Shown here piece after piece: positions 60,615-64,000 of a stretch of DNA of 64,000 nt (positions are counted from its first letter, which is position 1; the number at the start of each line of letters is the position of its first letter). The stretch is from Psammoneis japonica (Eukaryota). A model generated the notes under the pieces. It searched no databases, was not told the origin of the DNA, and saw only the letters and a program-made list of their open reading frames with translations. The translations under genes and the position numbers were made by a program. Where the stretch lies: positions 62,001 through 126,000 of the forward strand of contig QPGO01000058.1 in the NCBI GenBank assembly GCA_008632985.1. The letters are read 5' to 3'.

Positions 60615-62836
60615 CATCTCATGTTCGCCACATCACAAAGCAAATTGCATCGTCAAGATCGTGCACATTTTTGAATTCCATTTGCATGGTCCATGGAAAC
60701 TCCAATGCTGTCCATGCTGCGCCATTGCAGGTTGAGGCGTCAATCACAGCATTGGGGAACACTGGATTCAGCCCACATGCAGAGTCGCACGCAAGATGGA
60801 CCGGGAGATTCGACCTCCCAATCTTTCTTAAAAGTTGAGGGAATCAAAAAGCTTCAGAAGGATGGCATGGGTGACAAGACCTGCAAGCAAAACCACCCCA
60901 GCAGAACAATGCAATCAGGGCTGAGAGGTTTGTTGTGTCGCGGAGCATTTGTTTGCACAAAGTGAGGCACACAACACAAGTGCAGCTGTCGAGTTGGTGG
61001 TCAACAAGTTTCCACACCACACCCCTTCCTGGCTGTTTCTGCAATTCCACATCTGCATTTTGAGTGGGCACCCACATTGTTGTTGGATTTTTTCCTGATG
61101 CTTGCAGGCCACAGCACCCCTGATGCCTGCAGCAGGCTGCAGAAACTCAACAAGCGATGATGCCCAGCACAAAGAGACTTGCAAGAATGTCGCCCCTGGA
61201 ACAAAAGGGCCAAAATGCTTTTGTGCAATTTCCACACATGCAAGGTCATCACACTGCAGGTGTGCTGCATCCCACAAATGGTGGCAAACCCACTCCTCCA
61301 CATGTCTGTGTGCAAGTTCTGCAAGATCCTTTGCAGCGATCCATCAGCAGGCAAACTTTGTGTTCTAGAACCACACACCTGCACATGGATTCCAAATTGG
61401 ACTCAAGCTCCATCAGAAGACAAGAAGTGCAACCCTTGCTTCCAGTGACAGAGGGTGGATGGCTGGTTGGATTTAGCAAAATCACCTGACTTTGGCAAAT
61501 TGAGAATCCCAATGTCCGGGTTGCCTGGGGCGCGTTGGGCAGCCACCATCTCCTGGTTGCTTGAGGTTCACCCAGTGCATTGCATGCGAAGCTGCGCGAC
61601 ATCACGGCACATGATGTGGCATTTTGAAGTTGCACTGTGGCACATGATGTGGCATTTTGAAGTTGCATCTCATGCAACACTCAGAACAACAAAAAACACC
61701 GCATCTCCCACCGCACCATGGGACTTGATCATTTGTAGATTGATGGCCGCAATGTCGATCAAGATGAGAGTGCAGTCACACCACTGTAAAATGGTGCTTG
61801 TTTTGATGGTTGCGCTGGATTTCTTGGCACTGTTGACTGTCATGCCACATTTGGACATGCCAACAAGCAGTGTGTTTGCTGACTTTTTTCTGCAGGGCTC
61901 TCACGACCGCTGTGTCAACAAGTCTGCAATCACTGGGTTGATTTCTGCTGCAGATGCAATCATTGGTGTCCAAGGAAACACTGGCATCTAAGGAGTGCAC
62001 ACGCATGGATGGCATCATTTTGTTTCCACCAGTTTCCCATGACAGATGCAGAAAATGATGCTCTGATTTCCAATGTCGACAATGCATCGTGTGGGTTACA
62101 GAAAAGAAACAATGGAGTGATTTTTTTCAAAGAGAGAAGAAGAGCTGGTTTGTGCAGCAAACGCTGTCGTCTGTCATTGGACGCTGCAAACAATTGTTGG
62201 CACCTTGTTTGGAACATTTTTTGCTTCCCTGTCAAAGCAACAGCAGCAATCACAACACCTTGCTCATTTTTGCATCATGGTGTCAATGCAGCTTGGCTGT
62301 GTGATGCAGCACGTGGTGTGCTTTGTTGCGGGAGAGTGCGTGAAACCAAAAGTGCAACGGACGGGAGCTCCAAACCATCGGCAATCGGATCTGGAACCAG
62401 CTCGTCAAGCTCGTTCCAAATCCATGCTCAAATGGATCGGAGCGGCTGTCCTTCATTGCATCTGCACGTCATCCGCACAGCAGCTGATTTCACCACCAGT
62501 GGACACTCTAACTGGCCAACCACCTGACACCAAAATCGGTCAACAGGCATGTCACAAGAGAGCCCAAGTTGGACTCACATGGGTCATTGTCCCACAATTG
62601 TTGCACCACTGAATCTCTCATCCCCCAACAGTGAGACGACTTGAACAAGACAGAGAAGAGACTGCAGACTTCGCAGCTGTTCTGGGGTGCAATCTTTTTC
62701 GAGGAGGAGCGCTCATCTCATGAAGAAGCAAGAGAGATTGGAAGATGAAGAGTTTTCAGCAGTTGCCCCGTGATCATCCATGACTCAAAAGCGGTCACTG
62801 TGTTCCCGTTCCTCCATCCAAAAGCAATCTTGCTGT
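60615..62836 (-). pseudogene. Hypermutated duplicate of 57170-58240 (Cys-rich membrane protein gene and flanks)
   Basis: Collinear alignment by eye on both sides of the 61451-62524 insertion. Differences are dominated by TA>TG/CA and CG>TG/CA. Confidence 0.9.
61451..62524. mobile_element. ~1.07-kb insertion with imperfect TIRs and TGACA target duplication
   Basis: The intact copy reads ccagTGACAccaaaatc. Here TGACA flanks both ends (61446-61450, 62525-62529). Ends GGTGGATGGCTGGTTGGA vs reverse complement GGTGGTTGGCCAGTTAGA. Confidence 0.75.
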
Positions 62837-63083
62837 AGAGTTGTTGTAGTTGTGTACGTTTGTCGTTTGGATTTTCGTGTTGGGTCTCGATCATCCATCA
62901 CTCGCGCAAAGGTGACATCAGCAAAACGTCAAAACCAAATTTGACAAAATCAAAAAATTGAAAAATCGAAAAATGCCGCCGACGCGCGCCGACGCCAAAA
63001 CAATAACGCCTTCATTTTTTTTTCACGACGCAATAGTAAACGTTGTGGCGAGCAATACCCTTTTCCCTTCTCTGTTGGCCACC

Positions 63084-64000
63084 ATGGAGAAGTTTCTTAT
63101 TGCACTGGCCTTGACGGGTGTCGTGGATGCTATTTCCTACATGGTGGTTGCGCCAAGCATTGTCTTTTATGTGCTACAAGTCGGCGGCACCAAGGAGCAG
63201 TACGGCCTTGTTTTGAGTGCCTTTTCCTTTGCCTCCTTTTGTGCCAAGCCTTTTTTGGGAGCCTTTTCCGACAATATCGGCTTTCGATTTCCGTATATAT
63301 CGAGTCTCGCCATTTCCTGTACAGGAGGATTCTTGTATTTGATTGCGTCGCGGTTTGAGAGCGTCCGATTGATTCTCGCCGGACGCATCTTGGGAGGTGT
63401 CGGTGCCGCCAATTCGGCGCTGGCGTACGCGTACATTTCCAAAATGGTTCCCAATGAAAAGCAGACACGCATCAACTCGTTGTTGAGTATGGTGCGAATC
63501 TTTGGAATGGCGGCGGGGCCCGGAATGAATATCTTTTTGGCAAAGATTGACACTGACATTTTTGGGAGCTTTCATTTGGATAGTCTCAACTCGGTGGGAT
63601 TGGTTCTCATGCTGTCGAATCTGCTCGCAATCACTTGTATTTTCTTTTTGTTGGAAGAACCACCGTCCAACAATGGTACAAGTGACAGTGACAATGACGA
63701 CAAGGACGTTGTGGGCACGCTTGAAAAGGACGACAAGTTTGCCGTCTTGAAGGCGGTGCTTACCGCTGGGATTTTGGTCCCCATGCTGGCCATTTTTACG
63801 TTCAATGCGAACTTCCAATTGTACGTACTTGATGATGTGATTGCTTTGTTTATATCGTGTTTCTCACACGCATATGCTCACGGCCTTGTGTGTTGTTTGT
63901 AGAATTGAAACCGGTTTTGCTCCCGCCGCAAACCACGCTCTTGGTTGGGGCCCAATTCAAACTTCTGCGGTCCTTGGATCCATATCCATTATTATTTGCT
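63084..64000 (+). CDS. Major facilitator superfamily transporter (3' end outside window); intron 63821-63902
   Basis: Multiple TM helices, GAFSDNIGFR (MFS motif A-like) and GRILGGVG. Splicing continues NFQL|IETGFAPAANHALGWGP. Confidence 0.9.

Overview
Eukaryotic nuclear DNA, most likely from a (pennate) diatom or related stramenopile. This is inferred from compact genes with short GT-AG introns, HA-repeat proteins, a POP-type organellar polymerase homolog and a Plavaka-type transposon. Normal gene-rich stretches alternate with sharply bounded blocks (about 19.9-21.4, 21.8-23.0, 27.1-37.3, 42.1-51.9, 54.1-54.6 and 60.4-62.8 kb) that are almost free of TpA, usually poor in CpG, and rich in TpG/CpA. 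Two observations stand out. (1) A local duplication (57.2-58.2 kb versus 60.6-62.8 kb) shows TpA sites systematically converted to TpG/CpA, alongside CpG decay. YTAR contexts are preferentially spared, and tyrosines become Cys/His in transposon and pseudogene ORFs. This looks like a RIP-like but chemically opposite (A>G/T>C) repeat-associated hypermutation process. (2) A tight cluster encodes Twinkle primase-helicase, a bacterial-type HU protein and a POP/PolA-like protein. The POP-like protein has seven HA repeats plus a SAP domain and has lost its catalytic aspartates. All three have mitochondrial-type N-termini. Also present: MYND proteins, S28 carboxypeptidase, GH5 glucosylceramidase-like enzyme, dual-specificity phosphatase, UMP1, MFS transporter, a 7.4 kb Plavaka-like element with TIRs, and two non-autonomous TIR elements. 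All annotation was done by eye; counts are manual and no searches were run.
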